64,000 nt of DNA from Octopus sinensis. Lineage: Eukaryota. The DNA is taken from positions 3,348,001 through 3,412,000 of the forward strand of contig NC_043014.1 of assembly GCF_006345805.1 (NCBI RefSeq), read 5' to 3'. A model generated the notes under the pieces. It saw only the letters and a list, made by a program, of their open reading frames with translations, was not told the DNA's origin and searched no databases. Both the position numbers and the translations under genes were made by a program. Within the stretch, counting starts at the first letter, position 1; every line of letters starts with the position of its first letter. Of the stretch, positions 12,801-25,551 are shown piece after piece.

Positions 12801-15800
12801 TGGATCAGTTGGTCATGACTGGTTTGTCGGCTGGTTGCTGGCTGGCTGGTTGGTCGGCTGGTTGCTGGTTGGCCGGTTGGTCGGTTGGTCGCCTGGTTGG
12901 CTGGTTTGTCGGCTGGACGTGGATCGGTTGGTCATGACTGGTTTGTCGTTTGGTTGCTGGCTGGCCGGTTTGTCGGCTGGTTGCTGGCTGGCTGGTTGGT
13001 CAGTGGGTCGCCTGGTTGGCTGGTTTGTCGGCTGGACGTGGATCGGTTGGTCATGACTGGTTTGTCGGTTGGTTGCTGGCTGCCTGGTTGGTCGGTGGGT
13101 CGTCTGGTTGGCTGGTTTGTCGGATGGTGGTCGATTGGTTGGTTGGCTGGTTTGTCGGTTGGTTGCTGGCTGCCCGGTTGGTCGCCAGGTTGGCTGGTTT
13201 GTCGGCTGGACGTGGATCGGTTGGTCATGACTGGGTTGTCATTTGGTTGCTGGTTGGCTGGTTTGTCGGATGGTGGTCGATTGGCTGGTTGGCTGGTTTG
13301 TTGGTTGGTTGCTGGCTACCTGGTTGGTCGGTGGGTCGTCTGGTTGGCTGGTTTGTCGGATGGTGGTCGATTGGTTGGTTGGCTGGTTTGTCGGTTGGTT
13401 GCTGGCTGCCTGGTTGGTCGCCAGGTTGGCTGGTTTGTCGGCTGGACGTGGATCGGTTGGTCATGACTGGTTTGTCATTTGGTTGCTGGTTGGCTGGTTT
13501 GTCGGATGGTGGTCGATTGGCTGGTTGGCTGGTTTGTCGGTTGGTTGCTGGTTGGCCGGTTGGCCGGTGGGTCGCCTGGTTGGCTGTTTGTTGGTTGGTT
13601 GCTGGCTTCCCGGTTGGTCGGTGGGTCGCCTGGTTGGCTGGTTTGTCGGTTGGTGGTCGATTGACTGGTTGGCTGGTTTATCGGTTGGTTGCTGGCTTGC
13701 TGGTTGGTCGGTGGGTCACCTGGTTGGCTGGTTTGTCGGTTGGTGGTCGATTGGCTGGTTGGCTGGTTTGTCGGTTGGTCGCCTGGCTGGCTGGTTTGTC
13801 GGCTGGTCGTCAGATCGGCTGGCTGGCTGGTTGGTCGGTGGGTCACCTGGTTGGCTGGTTTGGACGTGGATCGGTTGGTCATGACTGGTTTGTCGGTTGG
13901 TTGCTGGTTGGCCGGTTGGTCGGTGGGTCGCCTGGTTGGCTGTTTTGTTGGCTGGTTGGCTTGTTTGTCGGCTTGTTGCTGGGTGGCTGGTTGTTTGGTG
14001 GGTCGCCTGGTTGGCTGGTTTGTCGGCTGGACGTGGATCGGTTGGTCATGACTGGTTTGTCGTTTGGTTGCTGGCTGGCTGGCTGGTTTGTCGGCTGGTT
14101 GCTGGTTGGCCAGTTGGTCGGTGGGTCGCCTGGTTGGCTGGTTTCTCGGCTGGACGTTGATCGGTTGGTCATGACTGGTTTGACGGTTGGTTGCTGGCTG
14201 GCTGGTTTGTCGGCTGGTTGCTGGTTGGCCGGTTGGTCGTCGATCGGCTGGTTGGCGGTTTGTCGGTTGGTTGCTGGCTGCCTGGTTGGTCGGTGGGTCG
14301 CCTGGTTGGCTGGTTTGTCGGCTGGACGTGGATCCGTTGGTCATGACTGGTTTCTCGTTTGGTTGCTGGTTGGCTAGTTGGTCGGTGGGTCGACTGGTTG
14401 GCTGGTTTGTCGGATGGTGATCGATTGGCTGGTTGGCTGGTTTGTCGGTTGGTTGCTGGCTGCCTGGTTGGTCGGTGGGTCGCCTGGTTGGCTAGTTTGT
14501 CGGATGGTGGTCGATTGGCTGGTTGGCTGGTTTGTCGGTTGGTTGCTGGCCTGCTGGTTGGTCGGTGGGTCGCCTGGTTGGCTGGTTTGTCGGCTGGACG
14601 TGGATCGGTTGGTCGTGACTGGTTTGTCGGTTGGTTGCTGGCTGCCTGGTTGGTCGGTGGGTCGCCTGGTTTGCTGGTTTGTCGGTTGGTTGCTGGCTGC
14701 CTGGTTGGTCAGTGGGTCGTCTGGTTGGCTGGTTTGTCGGATGGTGGTCGATTGGCTGGTTGGCTGGTTTGTTGGTTGGTTGCTGGCTACCTGGTTGGTC
14801 GGTGGGTCGTCTGGTTGGCTGGTTTGTCGGATGGTGGTCGATTGGTTGGTTGGCTGGTTTGTCGGTTGGTTGCTGGCTGACTGGTTGGTCGGTGGGTCGC
14901 CAGGTTGGCTGGTTTGTCGGCTGGACGTGGATCGGTTGGTCATGACTGGTTTGTCATTTGGTTGCTGGTTGGCTGGTTTGTCGGATGGTGGTCGATTGGC
15001 TGGTTGGCTGGTTTGTCGGTTGGTTGCTGGCTGCCCGGTTGGTCGGTGGGTCGCCTGGTTGGCTGGTTTGTCGGATGGTGGTCGATTGGCTGGTTGGCTG
15101 GTTTGTCGGTTGGTTCCTGGCTGCCTGGTTGGTCGGTGGGTCGCCAGGTTGGCTGGTTTGTTGGCTGGACGTGGATCGGTTGGTCGTGACTGGTTTGTCG
15201 GTTGGTTGCTGGTTGGCTGGTTGGTCGGTGGGTCGCCTGGTTGGCTGGTTTGTTGGCTGGACGTAGATCGGTTGGTCATGACTGGTTCGTCGGTTGGTTG
15301 CTGGTTGGCTGGTTGGTCGGTGGGTCGCCTGGCTGGCTGGTTTGTCGGTTCGTGGTCGATTGGCTGGTTGGCTGGTTTGTCGGTTGGTTGCTGGTTGGCT
15401 AGTTTGTCGGTTGGTCGCCTGGCTGGCTGGTTTGTCGGCTGGTCGTCAGATCGGCTGGCTGGCTGGTAGGTCGGTGTGTCGCCAGGTTGGCTGGTTTGTC
15501 GGCTGGACGTGGATCGGTTGGTCATGACTGGTTTGTCATTTGGTTGCTGGTTGGCTGGTTTGTCGGATGGTGGTAGATTGGTTGGTTGGCTGGTTTGTCG
15601 GTTGGTTGCTGGTTGGCCGGTTGGTCGGTGGCTCGCCTGGTTGGCTGGTTTGTCGGTTGTGCTGGGGCTGCCCCCGTTTGGTCGGTGGGTCGCCTGGTTG
15701 GCTGGTTTGTCGGATGGTGTCGATTGGCTGGTTGGCTGGTTGGTCGGTTTGGTTGCTGGCTGCCTGGTTGCTCGGTGTGTCACCTGGTTGGCTGGTTTGT

Positions 15801-17571
15801 CGGCTGGACGTAGATCGGTTGGTCATGACTGGTTCGTCGGTTGGTTGCTGGTTGGCTGGTTGGTCGGTGGGTCGCCTGGCTGGCTGGTTTGTCGGTTGCT
15901 GGTCGATTGACTGGTTGGCTGGTTTGTCGGTTGGTTGCTGGCTGGCTGGTTGGTCGGTGGGTCACCCGGTTGGCTGGTTTGTCGGTTGGTGGTCGATTGG
16001 CTGGCTGGCTGGTTTGTCGGCTGGTCGTCAGATCGGCTGGCTGCCTGGTTGGTGGGTGGGTCGCCAGGTTGGCTGGTTTGTCGGCTGGATGTGGATCGGT
16101 TGGTCATGACTGGTTTGTCATTTGGGTGCTGGTTGGCTGGTTTGTCGGATGGTGGTCGATTGGTTGGTTGGTATGGTTTGTCGGTTGGTTGCTGGTTGGC
16201 CGGTTGGTCGGTGGGTCGCCTGGTTGGCTGGTTTGTCGGTTGGTTGCTGGCTGCCCGGTTGGTCGGTGGGTCGCCTGGTTGGCTGGTTTGTCAGATGGTG
16301 GTCGATTGGCTGGTTGGCTGGTTTGTCGGTTGGTTGCTGGCTGCCTGGTTGGTCGGTGTGTCACCTGGTTGGCTGGTTTGTCGGCTGGACGTAGATCGGT
16401 TGGTCATGACTGGTTCGTCGGTTGGTTGCTGGTTGGCTGGTTTGTCGGTTGGTGGTTGATTGGCTGGTTGGCTGGTTTGTCGGTTGGTTGCTGGTTGGCT
16501 AGTTTGTCGGTTGGTCGCCTGGCTGGCTGGTTTGTCGGCTGGTCGTCAGATCGGCTGGCTGGCTGGTTGGTCGGTGGGTCGCCAGGTTGGCTGGTTTGTC
16601 GGCTGGACGTGGATCGGTTGGTCATGACTGGTTTGTCATTTGGTTGCTGGTTGGCTGGTTTGTCGGATGGTGGTCGATTGGTTGGTTGGCTGGTTTGTCG
16701 GTTGGTTGCTGGTTGGTCGGTTGGTCGGTGGGTCGCCTGGCTGGCTGGTTTGTCGGTTGGGTGCTGGCTGCCCGGTTGGTCGGTGGGTCGCCTGGTTGGC
16801 TGGTTTGTCGGATGGTGGTCGATTGGTTGGTTGGCTGGTTTGTCGGTTGGTTGCTGGCTGCCTGGTTGGTCGGTGTGTCACCTGGTTGGCTGGTTTGTCG
16901 GCTGGACGTAGATCGGTTGGTCATGACTGGTTCGTCGGTTGGTTGCTGGTTGGCCGGTTGGTCGGTGGGTCGCCTGGCTGGCTGGTTTGTCGGTTGGTGG
17001 TCGATTGACTGGTTGGCTGGTTTGTCGGTTGGTTGCTGGCTGGCTGGTTGGTCGGTGGGTCACCTGGTTGGCTGGTTTGTCGGCTGGTCGTCAGATCGGC
17101 TGGCTGGCTGGTTGGTCGGTGGGTCACCTGGTTGGCTGGTTTGTCGGTTGGACGTGGATCGGTTGGTCATGACTGGTTTGTCGGTTGGTTGCTGGTTGGC
17201 CGGTTGGTCGGTGGGTCGCCTGGTTGGCTGGTTTTTTGGCTGGTTGGCTGGTTTGTCGGCTGGTTGCTGGATGGCTGGTTGTTTGGTGGGTCGCCTGGTT
17301 GGCTGGTTTGTTGGCTGGTCGGCTGGTTTGTCGGCTGGTTGCTGGGTGGCTGGTTGTTTGGTGGGTCGCCTGGTTGGCTGGTTTGTCGCTTGGACGTGGA
17401 TGAGTTTGTCATGACTGGTTTGTCGGTTGGTTGCTGGCTGGCTGGTTTGTCGGCTGGTTGCTGGCTGGCTGGTTGTTCGGTGGTTCGCCTTGTTGGCTGG
17501 TTTATCAGTTGGACGTGGATCGGTTGGTCATGACTGGTTGGTCGGTGGGTCGCCTGGTTGACTGGTTTGTC
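9832..17571 (+). repeat. 7.7-kb modular G/T-rich satellite in the fibrocystin-L intron
   Basis: Built from GGTT/GGCT/GGTC tetramer-derived modules with about 29 copies (counted by eye) of the anchor GGACGTGGATCGGTTGGTCATGACTGG; adenine is nearly absent on the + strand. Confidence 0.97.
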
Positions 17572-17775
17572 AATTTCACTCAAATTTAGTTAATATATAC
17601 TTGAACTGGTTAATGCTATATACGATATTCATAAACAAATCCGAAAGGCTTTGCAAGTCATGTAGAGAAAATTATGACGGAAGGCTTATAGTATAATATA
17701 TTTATGTGTGTGTGTGCATATAAATATGAATATATATATTAGACAGACAAACAGACAGATATAAATAGATTGGCT

Positions 17776-17822
<47 letters not shown>

Positions 17823-17837
17823 GGATAGATAGATAGA

Positions 17838-20627
17838 TATGTTTCTTTATTAGCCACACAGGGCTGCACACAGATAGAACAAATTACAAGGTAGAGCTTT
17901 TCTTTTGAAGGTTTAAAAAAAAAAAAGGAAGGGGGAGTTTCGATCAAAAGGGATCGTAAAAGGAGAGAAAGAGGACAAAAAAAAGGGGGGTTAAAAAAAA
18001 AGGGGAGAGGAAAAAAAAAAAAATTTGATCAATAGGGATCGTTATCACAGAAATGTCAATATGAAGTGTAAAGGGGAGGACAGGTGAGGTTTACCCGTGG
18101 AAAGAAAAGCCTACGGAAAAGACCACGGTAACCTCGGTGAATGGAGTCACATGTTATATTTCTTTTTTTTTTTTTTTGCAAATAAGCAACTCTCTGTTTT
18201 CAATTTCTGGTTCATAGGATCATGCTCAAGGTGGCTTCGTCATTCATACGTGCCATTCTTGCTACATTCACCCATCTTTTTTTAAAACATTCGCTAGACA
18301 AAACTTGCCTCTCTACTCTCACTTTCCTTTTCAAGTGGTACTTGAAGAAGTTGATGAGAGATTGACCAGAGAGGAAAGTGTTTGTCTCCAATCCTTTCAG
18401 ACGCGTCCACCAGATACATTCTTTCACCATAGCCACAAGGATGATGAAAATAGCTCTTCCTTCCCGTTTGAAGGAGGGAGGCGTGACAATATTAACGATA
18501 GACTCAGCTGATAAACCGACTCGTCCCACACGTGACAGCAGTTGTTCGACACAAGCCCACAGGTCGGAAATTGTTGGACACTGCACGAGTGCGTGCAGAA
18601 CGGTTTCGTCGCTCTGACTGCATCTCGGGCAGGTCGGCCCCGTGTTTCTCGAGCCGTGTCTGTAGAGCTTATCCCGAACGGGTAGCGCTTCTCGGTAGCA
18701 CTGCCAGGCAGGGATCTCTGGAAGTTGTCCATGGGCCCTGGCCCGAAAGTCGTCCTGAACAGCGGGTCAGGTACTCCTCGTCGACGTCCAGGTTCGCCCC
18801 GAGCTCGTCGTCGTACCTCCCCTCCACTAAACCCCTATAGAATGCTTTGGTTGTGTTGAAGTCACTCAAGGTCGACCCAGGACGGCAGAGTTGCTTGAGA
18901 GCAACGCGACACTCGCTGTGCCATTCGCCCTTCTTCGGCCTCTTTTTGATCCACGACTGCAGTTCGGTCATGGAGACGAGCTGCGGGAAAGCGTGCCTCA
19001 CAAACGGCGACCACACCTGTTCACCGTCGTCTACATAGAGCCAGAGATGTCGCAGTCTCAGCGCGTGTCTGCGCATCATCAACCACGGCATGCCCAGCCC
19101 TCCTTTTAACGGGTATTGACAGCAAATGGATCGCCTGACCATCGGGACGCATCCTTTCCACAAGAAGCGAAAGAGAATGCGTTCTAGTTTGGTGATGGTA
19201 GGGTCGGGACAAGGTACGACGGTCAGGCGGTAGTAGATGACGGACGCGATGTACGTGTTCGCCACCTCCGCCCGCCTTTTAGGGACAGTTTCCTCTCTCA
19301 CCACCCATTGCCGGGCGAGAGTGACCACCCTACTCGTTATCTCGTTCCAGTTCTTCTCCACTTGGAGTTCCGACCAAACCAGACCCGAGCAACTCAATCG
19401 GGCCGTCGGTCCAGCGTCCCACGACGGAGGCGCTGGTGGACGGCATGGGCTTGCTTCTCCAGGTGCCGAGTCGCAGCCCACTGACTTTTCCCGGTTGATT
19501 TTCGCTCCTGTCACCGCTTCGTAGTTTTTCAGTGTCTCGCCGCCTGCTCGATGTGCTCGTGGCTAGACACTATGACGGTGACGTCGTCTGCATATGCAGA
19601 CACGCTCGTCCCGCATCCCAGTTCTTGCGGGATGCCTCTCAAGGTTGCCAGCTTCCGCAATAATGGCTCGAGAGTCAATACGTATAGAAGCGACGAGAGG
19701 GGGCATCCCTGACGGACCGAACGTGCGATGTCGAAGGGTCTCGATAGATGTCCATTCACGCGAATTACCGAACGGATGCCTCTGTACAAAGCGGCTATCC
19801 AGCCCGGAAGACGGGACCGAAGCCAGCCGCTCCGAGGACCGCCTCCAAGTATCGATGGTCCACCCTATCGAAAGCTTTCGATTGATCCAATTGATCAGCG
19901 CCCCACCCATGCCAGGTTCGTTAACTACCCTGTCTATGATGTAGCGCATCATCAGTGGAGGTTGTCATGGATGGTCCGGCCTGGCACGGCGTATGTTTGC
20001 GCCCTGTCGACCAGTTTCTCGATGACAAGCGCCAACCTCTTGGCTAGCACCTTGGCCAAAATTTTCAAGTCTGCATTAAGCAGAGTGATGGGCCTAAAGT
20101 TATCTATTACATTTCCCTTGTTTAGATCTTTCTTCAGCAGTGTTACGGCTCCTCGGCTCACAAAACCAGGAATGCTCCCGTTTTGCTGCCAGTTGCAGTA
20201 CACCGCCGCCAAGAGATCTCAAACAAGTCTGGCATACAATTGTAAAGCTCGTAGGGTAGACCATCCAAACCCGGTGATTTGTCCCCCGAGCATTCTGCCA
20301 TCGCTTCCTGCACTTCCGCCGCCGTGATGGCACCTTCGCAGCACCCCTGCCTTTCTTGTCGAGAGTCGTGGTAGGCTATGTAGGTAGCACTGAAGTCCAC
20401 CCTACGTTCTGCCCTCCACTCGTTCCGAACAGTCGGGCAAATGCTGCTGAAAGGCCTCACACATTTTACTTGGCTCGAGCAATTCGCGCCCCTGTTCATC
20501 TACCAGGGACCGAATGGTGGCTTTGTTGCCCTGTTGCGCCTCTGCCACCCGGGCCTCTCTCGCGGCTCCAACACCTTCGTTCCTTAGAGCACGCATCCTA
20601 GCTCTGACAGCACATCCTTCGTGTTTG
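17838..20627 (-). mobile_element. 5'-truncated, frameshifted Tx1/L1-clade LINE (RT plus 3' UTR)
   Basis: RT motifs in broken frames: KSPGLDGLPYELY, NFRPITLLNADLKILAKVLAKRL, RQGCPLSSLLYVLTLEPLL, SAYADDVTVIV, GAKINREKS; the 3' UTR ends aataaagaaacata(tcta)n; both ends lie in (GATA)n. Confidence 0.92.
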
Positions 20628-20629
20628 GC

Positions 20630-20677
<48 letters not shown>

Positions 20678-20718
20678 GGATGGATGGATGGATGGATGGA
20701 TGGATGGATGGATGGATG

Positions 20719-20752
<34 letters not shown>

Positions 20753-20784
20753 GAGATGGATGGATAGATAGATAGCTAGCTAGC

Positions 20785-20852
<68 letters not shown>

Positions 20853-20853
20853 G

Positions 20854-20891
<38 letters not shown>

Positions 20892-20894
20892 ATA

Positions 20895-21087
20895 CAAGGG
20901 GATGCTGAAAAGTTCCTGGTTTTGGGTAAAAGATAATACAGGAGGATCAGCTAATTATGAGTTTTGTTCAAGGTTTTCCCCTCTCAGATTCACACACATA
21001 TTGCAACAGCCCTTTAGTTTTTCTAAGCCTTGTGAACCAGGCCTTTGTCAGTACCCTTAAAACCAGGAATTGTTCATACACCCCTCG
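20895..21087. mobile_element. Tc1/mariner-type MITE
   Basis: TA TSDs (20893-20894, 21088-21089); imperfect ~29-bp TIRs caaggggatgctgaaaagttcctggtttt / aaaaccaggaattgttcatacacccctcg. Confidence 0.75.
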
Positions 21088-21123
21088 TAGATAGATGGAC
21101 AGACACATAAATAAGTACTGCAG

Positions 21124-21535
21124 CGAGCTGGCAGAAACGTTAGCACGCCGGGCGAAATGCTTAGCAGTATTTCGCCTGCCGTTACGTCCTGAGTTCAAAT
21201 TCCGCCGAGGTCGACTTTGTCTTTCATCCTTTCGGGTCGATAAATTAAGTACCAGTTACACACTGGAGTGGATATAATCGACTTAATACCTTTGTATGTC
21301 CTTGTTTGTCCCCTCTATGTTTAGCCCCTTGTGGGTAGTAAAGAAATAGGTATTTCGTCTGTCTTTACGTTCTGAGTTCAAATTACGCCGAGGTCGACTT
21401 TGTCTTTCATCCTTTCGGGGTCGATAAATTAAGTACCAGTTACACACTGGAGTGGATATAATCGACTTAATACCTTTGTATGTCCTTGTTTGTCCCCTCT
21501 ATGTTTCGCTCCTTATGGGTAATAAAGAAATAATA
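21124..21535 (+). mobile_element. SINE family B dimer (full copy plus head-less copy)
   Basis: The second unit starts at the junction aaagaaat|aggtatttcgtctg near 21348. Confidence 0.88.
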
Positions 21536-21577
21536 AATAAGTACTGCATAATTATATTTCTTTATATATTAAAATAG

Positions 21578-21980
21578 AAACACAAGTGGCAGGTGAAAGC
21601 TGTACTGGTAAAGCCATACCTGTACTATGGTTCCGTGTACAACATCGATACAGAAGTGAAAGAGGACACAGTCAACAACCAGTTGGTTTTCAACGATATA
21701 ATGTTTACAAAACCAGGCGTCTACATCATCCAACTGACCACCACGTCGACACCGAATGAATACACGATCGTTGCCGAGGAAGAAATTCGAGTGAAGCAGT
21801 CGCACGTTCTGGTGTTTAGCGACCCCGTGTCAAGTTCAATTAAGATACTCGTTGACATCGACTACAACAAGGTTGGGTCAACCAACGAAAAGTATTTCCG
21901 AGTGTTAATGGAAAACTACTTAATCTATAAGTACCCAAAGGTCACTTTTCCAGAGGTACTGGTGTCCGAATCGGAAAATA
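21578..21980 (+). CDS. PKHD1L1: Fibrocystin-L-like exon (KHKWQVKAVLVKP...VFNDIMFTKPGVYIIQL...SESEN)
   Basis: aaaatag| acceptor and aat a|gtaagt donor; open frame, phase 0 start fits the upstream KWR exon, phase 1 end; beta-rich, repeat-free coding-like sequence. Confidence 0.75.
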
Positions 21981-22274
21981 GTAAGTAACTTGATTAACAA
22001 CCTTCTTAATTTAAGCTTTAATTATATAATTAGTATAGTAATTAAAATGATAATCTGTAAAGGTTGTGCCTATAATAATCGGTCCCTAGGGAACGGTAAA
22101 CAAAGATATAAGACTAATGATTGAAGAAGATTGGACAAGAATATCCTGCAGGGCTTCTATAGAAATTTTGCCTGTTAGGGACACGAAGGGTTTTTGGGAG
22201 GGTCTAAGGTTACAGGTTGTAACCTGCTTCTCATGTAAATACTACTGAACCTAAGTCAAATCAATAATAATATG

Positions 22275-22393
22275 TACAAAACTAAATATATGGCACTCTA
22301 GGCATAACAACAACATGAACTTCTAACTTGTGTCTTGAGGTCTCTGGGTGAGACTTGGAGCCAACTTGTGCAAATGCAAAGCCAAAGTCAAAC

Positions 22394-22430
<37 letters not shown>
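22275..22430 (+). mobile_element. Second, shorter copy of the R4/Dong-like 3' UTR
   Basis: atatggcactctaggcataacaacaacatgaac...gaggtctctggg...ccaaagtcaaacatat(aat)n is nearly identical to 24538-24650. Confidence 0.75.
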
Positions 22431-22432
<2 letters not shown>

Positions 22433-22662
22433 GACGGCATGCTGGCAGAATTGTTAGCCCACCGGACAAAATTCTTAATGGAATTTCATCTGTGCTTATT
22501 TTCTGAGTTGAAATTCCACCGAGGTCAACTTTGCCTTTCATCCTTTCGAGGTTGATAGATTAAGCACCGGTGAAACCATGGCGGTCGATCTAATTGACCA
22601 GCACCCCACCCGCCACCCCCTACACCCAAATGTCGGGCCGTGTGCGTATAGTAGAAAGGATT

Positions 22663-23075
22663 ACTCTTACTCTTTACTCTTTTACTTGTTTCAGTCATTT
22701 GACTGCGGCCATGCTGGAGCACCACCTTTAGTCAAGCAAATCGACCCCGGGACTTATTCTTTGTAAGCCCAGTACTTATTCTATCGGTCTCTTTTGTCGA
22801 ACCGCTAAGTGATGGGGACGTAAACACACACCAGCACCGGTTGTCAAGCAATGCTAGGGGGACAAACACAGACACACAAATACACACACGCATATATATA
22901 TATACATATATACGACAGGCTTCTTTCAGTTTCCGTCTACCAAATCCACTCACAAGGCATTGGTCGGCCTGGGGCTATAGCAGAAGACACTTGCCCAAGA
23001 TGCCACGCAGTGGGACTGAACCCGGAACCATGTGGTTGGTTAGCAAGCTACTTACCACACAGCCACTCCTGCGCC
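22663..23075 (-). mobile_element. SINE family A, full length
   Basis: Reverse-complement match to 1529-1930. Confidence 0.9.
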
Positions 23076-23324
23076 TATTATTATTATTACTATCAAGATG
23101 GTGAGCTGGCGGAATGATTACCATGCCGGACAAATTACTTAACAGCATTTCGTCTGACTTTACGCTCTAAGTTCAAATTCCACTGTGGTCGACTTAACCT
23201 TTCATCCTTTTGAGATCGATAAAATAACCCTGGAGCCAATGTAAATCGACTTTGACCCTCCTCTCAAAATTGCTGGCCTTATTATTCCTTAAAATGATAA
23301 ATTAGAAGAAGGTGCAGAAATGTT

Positions 23325-23670
23325 TACCAGCCACATGGTTCTGGGTTCAATCCCACTGCGTGGCACCTTGGGCAAGTGTCTTCTGCTATAGCTTCGGGCC
23401 GACCAAAGCCTTGTGAGTGGATTTGGTAGACGGAAACTGAAAGAAGCCCGTCGTATATATGTATGTGTGTGTGTGTTTGTGTTTGTGTGTCTTGACAACC
23501 GATGCTGGTGTGTTTATGTCCCCGTCACTTAGCGGTTCGGCAAAAGAGACCGATAGAATAAGTACTGGACTTACAAAAGAATAAGTACCGGGGTCGAGTT
23601 GCTCGATTAAAGGCTGTGCTCCAGCATGGCCGCAGTCAAATGACTGAAACGAGTAAAAGAGTAAAAGAGA
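23325..23670 (+). mobile_element. SINE family A, 5'-truncated
   Basis: Matches family A from accagccacatggtt onward. Confidence 0.85.
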
Positions 23671-23915
23671 GAGTTATTACATCACACAAAATGCTCAAGG
23701 ACATTCTGGTTCTCAACGTTCTGAGTTCAAATTCCGCCGAGGTCAGCTTTGCCTATCATCCTTTTTTGTTTTTGTTTTTTTTTTGTTTTTGATGAAATGA
23801 TGTACCAGTCAAGTACTGGGGTCGATGTCTCTTCCTTGTCGTTCCATCTCTCATACTTCTCTCCCTGCCATTCCGTCCCTGACATTTCTCTCTCTCTTTT
23901 CTTCCCTCCTCCCAG

Positions 23916-24097
23916 ATATGATGGATGTCTTCGTCAAGTTATACGGTAACATCAACGAGGTATCAGCGGCATCAAAGATGATCTGTGACATGGCCAAGGA
24001 ACAGCAAAAGATCACATTCAACTCACACCAGGCCTACATTATTTTTAGCATACAAGTGAATGGGACACGATTTCTTGGTTCATCTTGTGGATCAAAG
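23916..24097 (+). CDS. PKHD1L1: Fibrocystin-L-like exon (NMMDVFVKLYGNINEVSAASKMICD...FLGSSCGSK)
   Basis: Pyrimidine tract + cccag| acceptor and aag|gtatgt donor; phase 1 start matches the previous exon, phase 0 end. Confidence 0.75.
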
Positions 24098-24430
24098 GTA
24101 TGTTATACCGTTGTACTTGTTGTTGTTGTTGCTGTGGCTGTTGTTGTTGTTGTGGCCAGTGTTGTTGTTGTATTATTGTTGTTGGAGGAGGGGGATAATT
24201 TTTTTATTTTGTTTGAAAAGTTGACATTTGGTTGTCTCTGTATATTTAAATATAGAATTAGAAATGAAACAAAAATCTCCCAAAATTTCTTACAAGGAAA
24301 AAAATTTCATTGGTGAGAAGAGCAAAGTGAAATTTTAAAATGATGACTTTATATTTTTCATTAATTAATTAATTAATTAATTAATAATAATAATAATTAT
24401 AATAATAATAATGATAATATCAGATATCAG

Positions 24431-24646
24431 ATACAAGGAAACCCAAAAATGGCAGAAATTCAAAAGATAGTGCTCATGGGAACTGCTCATATCCTACGCA
24501 AAATACTTTCTATGTAATCTCAGGGTTTAAAACAAAAATATGGCACACTAGGCATAACAACAACATGAACTCCCAACCTGTTGTCTCTTGAGGTCTCTGG
24601 GTGTGACTTGGAGCCAACTTGTACAAATATAAAGCAAAAGTCAAAC

Positions 24647-24700
<54 letters not shown>
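24431..24700 (+). mobile_element. Short 3' end of an R4/Dong-like element with an (AAT)n tail
   Basis: Encodes IQGNPKMAEIQKIVLMGTAHILRKILSM* (24431-24517), the RLE C-terminus; its 3' UTR is shared with 22275-22430; (AAT)n on both sides. Confidence 0.75.
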
Positions 24701-24702
<2 letters not shown>

Positions 24703-25170
24703 TTAAAAGATGGGCTACAGCAAATATTCTGCTCAATACCACAGATTTGCTTGTCAGTTGTTTGACCTTAACCAGTTGAGCATGTCCCTTAGTGGCTGAT
24801 GATATGTGCATCTCTGATCACGAGCAGAAGTAGTGGGGGAGCATCATAGCTATGTGTTGAGAGGGATTCTTTGAGGTTTGAATAATTCACCTCTGGAAAC
24901 ATGGGTGGTTCTTTCAACATCCTTAAACAATCCTTATTCAAGGACCTTTTGAGCGGGATGGGCTACTCAACCAAAAGAAAATTCTAACTTTGCCCCATCT
25001 GTAATGTCATGCACAGTTTATCTTGATATGAGATCACCCTGTCACGCACATATGGTTGTGATGCATGTGCCTGGTGTACCCTTATCAGACGGGTAGTCAT
25101 GATGGGTATACTGGGCTTCGTATATTTTACCCCAGTGTCACTTTGATGGCATGCACTGCTCTCTCACTTA
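24703..25170. repeat. Probable interspersed repeat between (AAT)n and (TTA)n tracts
   Basis: Complex, GC-richer 470-bp block bounded by trinucleotide microsatellites; single copy in the window, so the family assignment is unsupported here. Confidence 0.4.
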
Positions 25171-25194
25171 ATTATTATTATTATTATTATTTTA

Positions 25195-25242
<48 letters not shown>

Positions 25243-25551
25243 GGTAGTGAGCTGGCTGAATTGTTAGCATGCTGGGTGAAATGCCTTGTGGCATTTCATC
25301 TGTCTTTACGTTCTGAGTTCAAATTCTGCCGAGATTGACTTTGCCTTTCATTCTTTAGGGGTCAGTAAAAGGAGCACTGGCTGTGCACTAGGGCTGACGT
25401 AATCAACTCTCCCACTTCCCCACAATTTCAGGCCTTGTGCCTATAGGGGAAATAATTATTATTACTAAGGCATTGTCTTTACATTCTGAGTTCAAAATCA
25501 GGGTTGATAAAATAAGTACCAGTTGGAGACTGGGGTCAAATGCGTGGCCAT

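Noticed and set aside
13805-17100. CTGACGA hammerhead-like core on the minus strand of the satellite
   Set aside because: No downstream GAAA and no stems in the required geometry.
9832-17571. CRISPR-like repeat/spacer appearance of the anchor array
   Set aside because: Spacers are not unique or of uniform length (they are shuffled copies of the same modules), there are no cas genes, and the context is a eukaryotic intron.
9621-17583. Dozens of long ORFs (up to 702 aa; W/L/V/G-rich on +, Q/P/T/N-rich on -)
   Set aside because: They are open only because the satellite lacks A on one strand and stop-forming triplets on the other; they overlap in all frames and lie in an intron.
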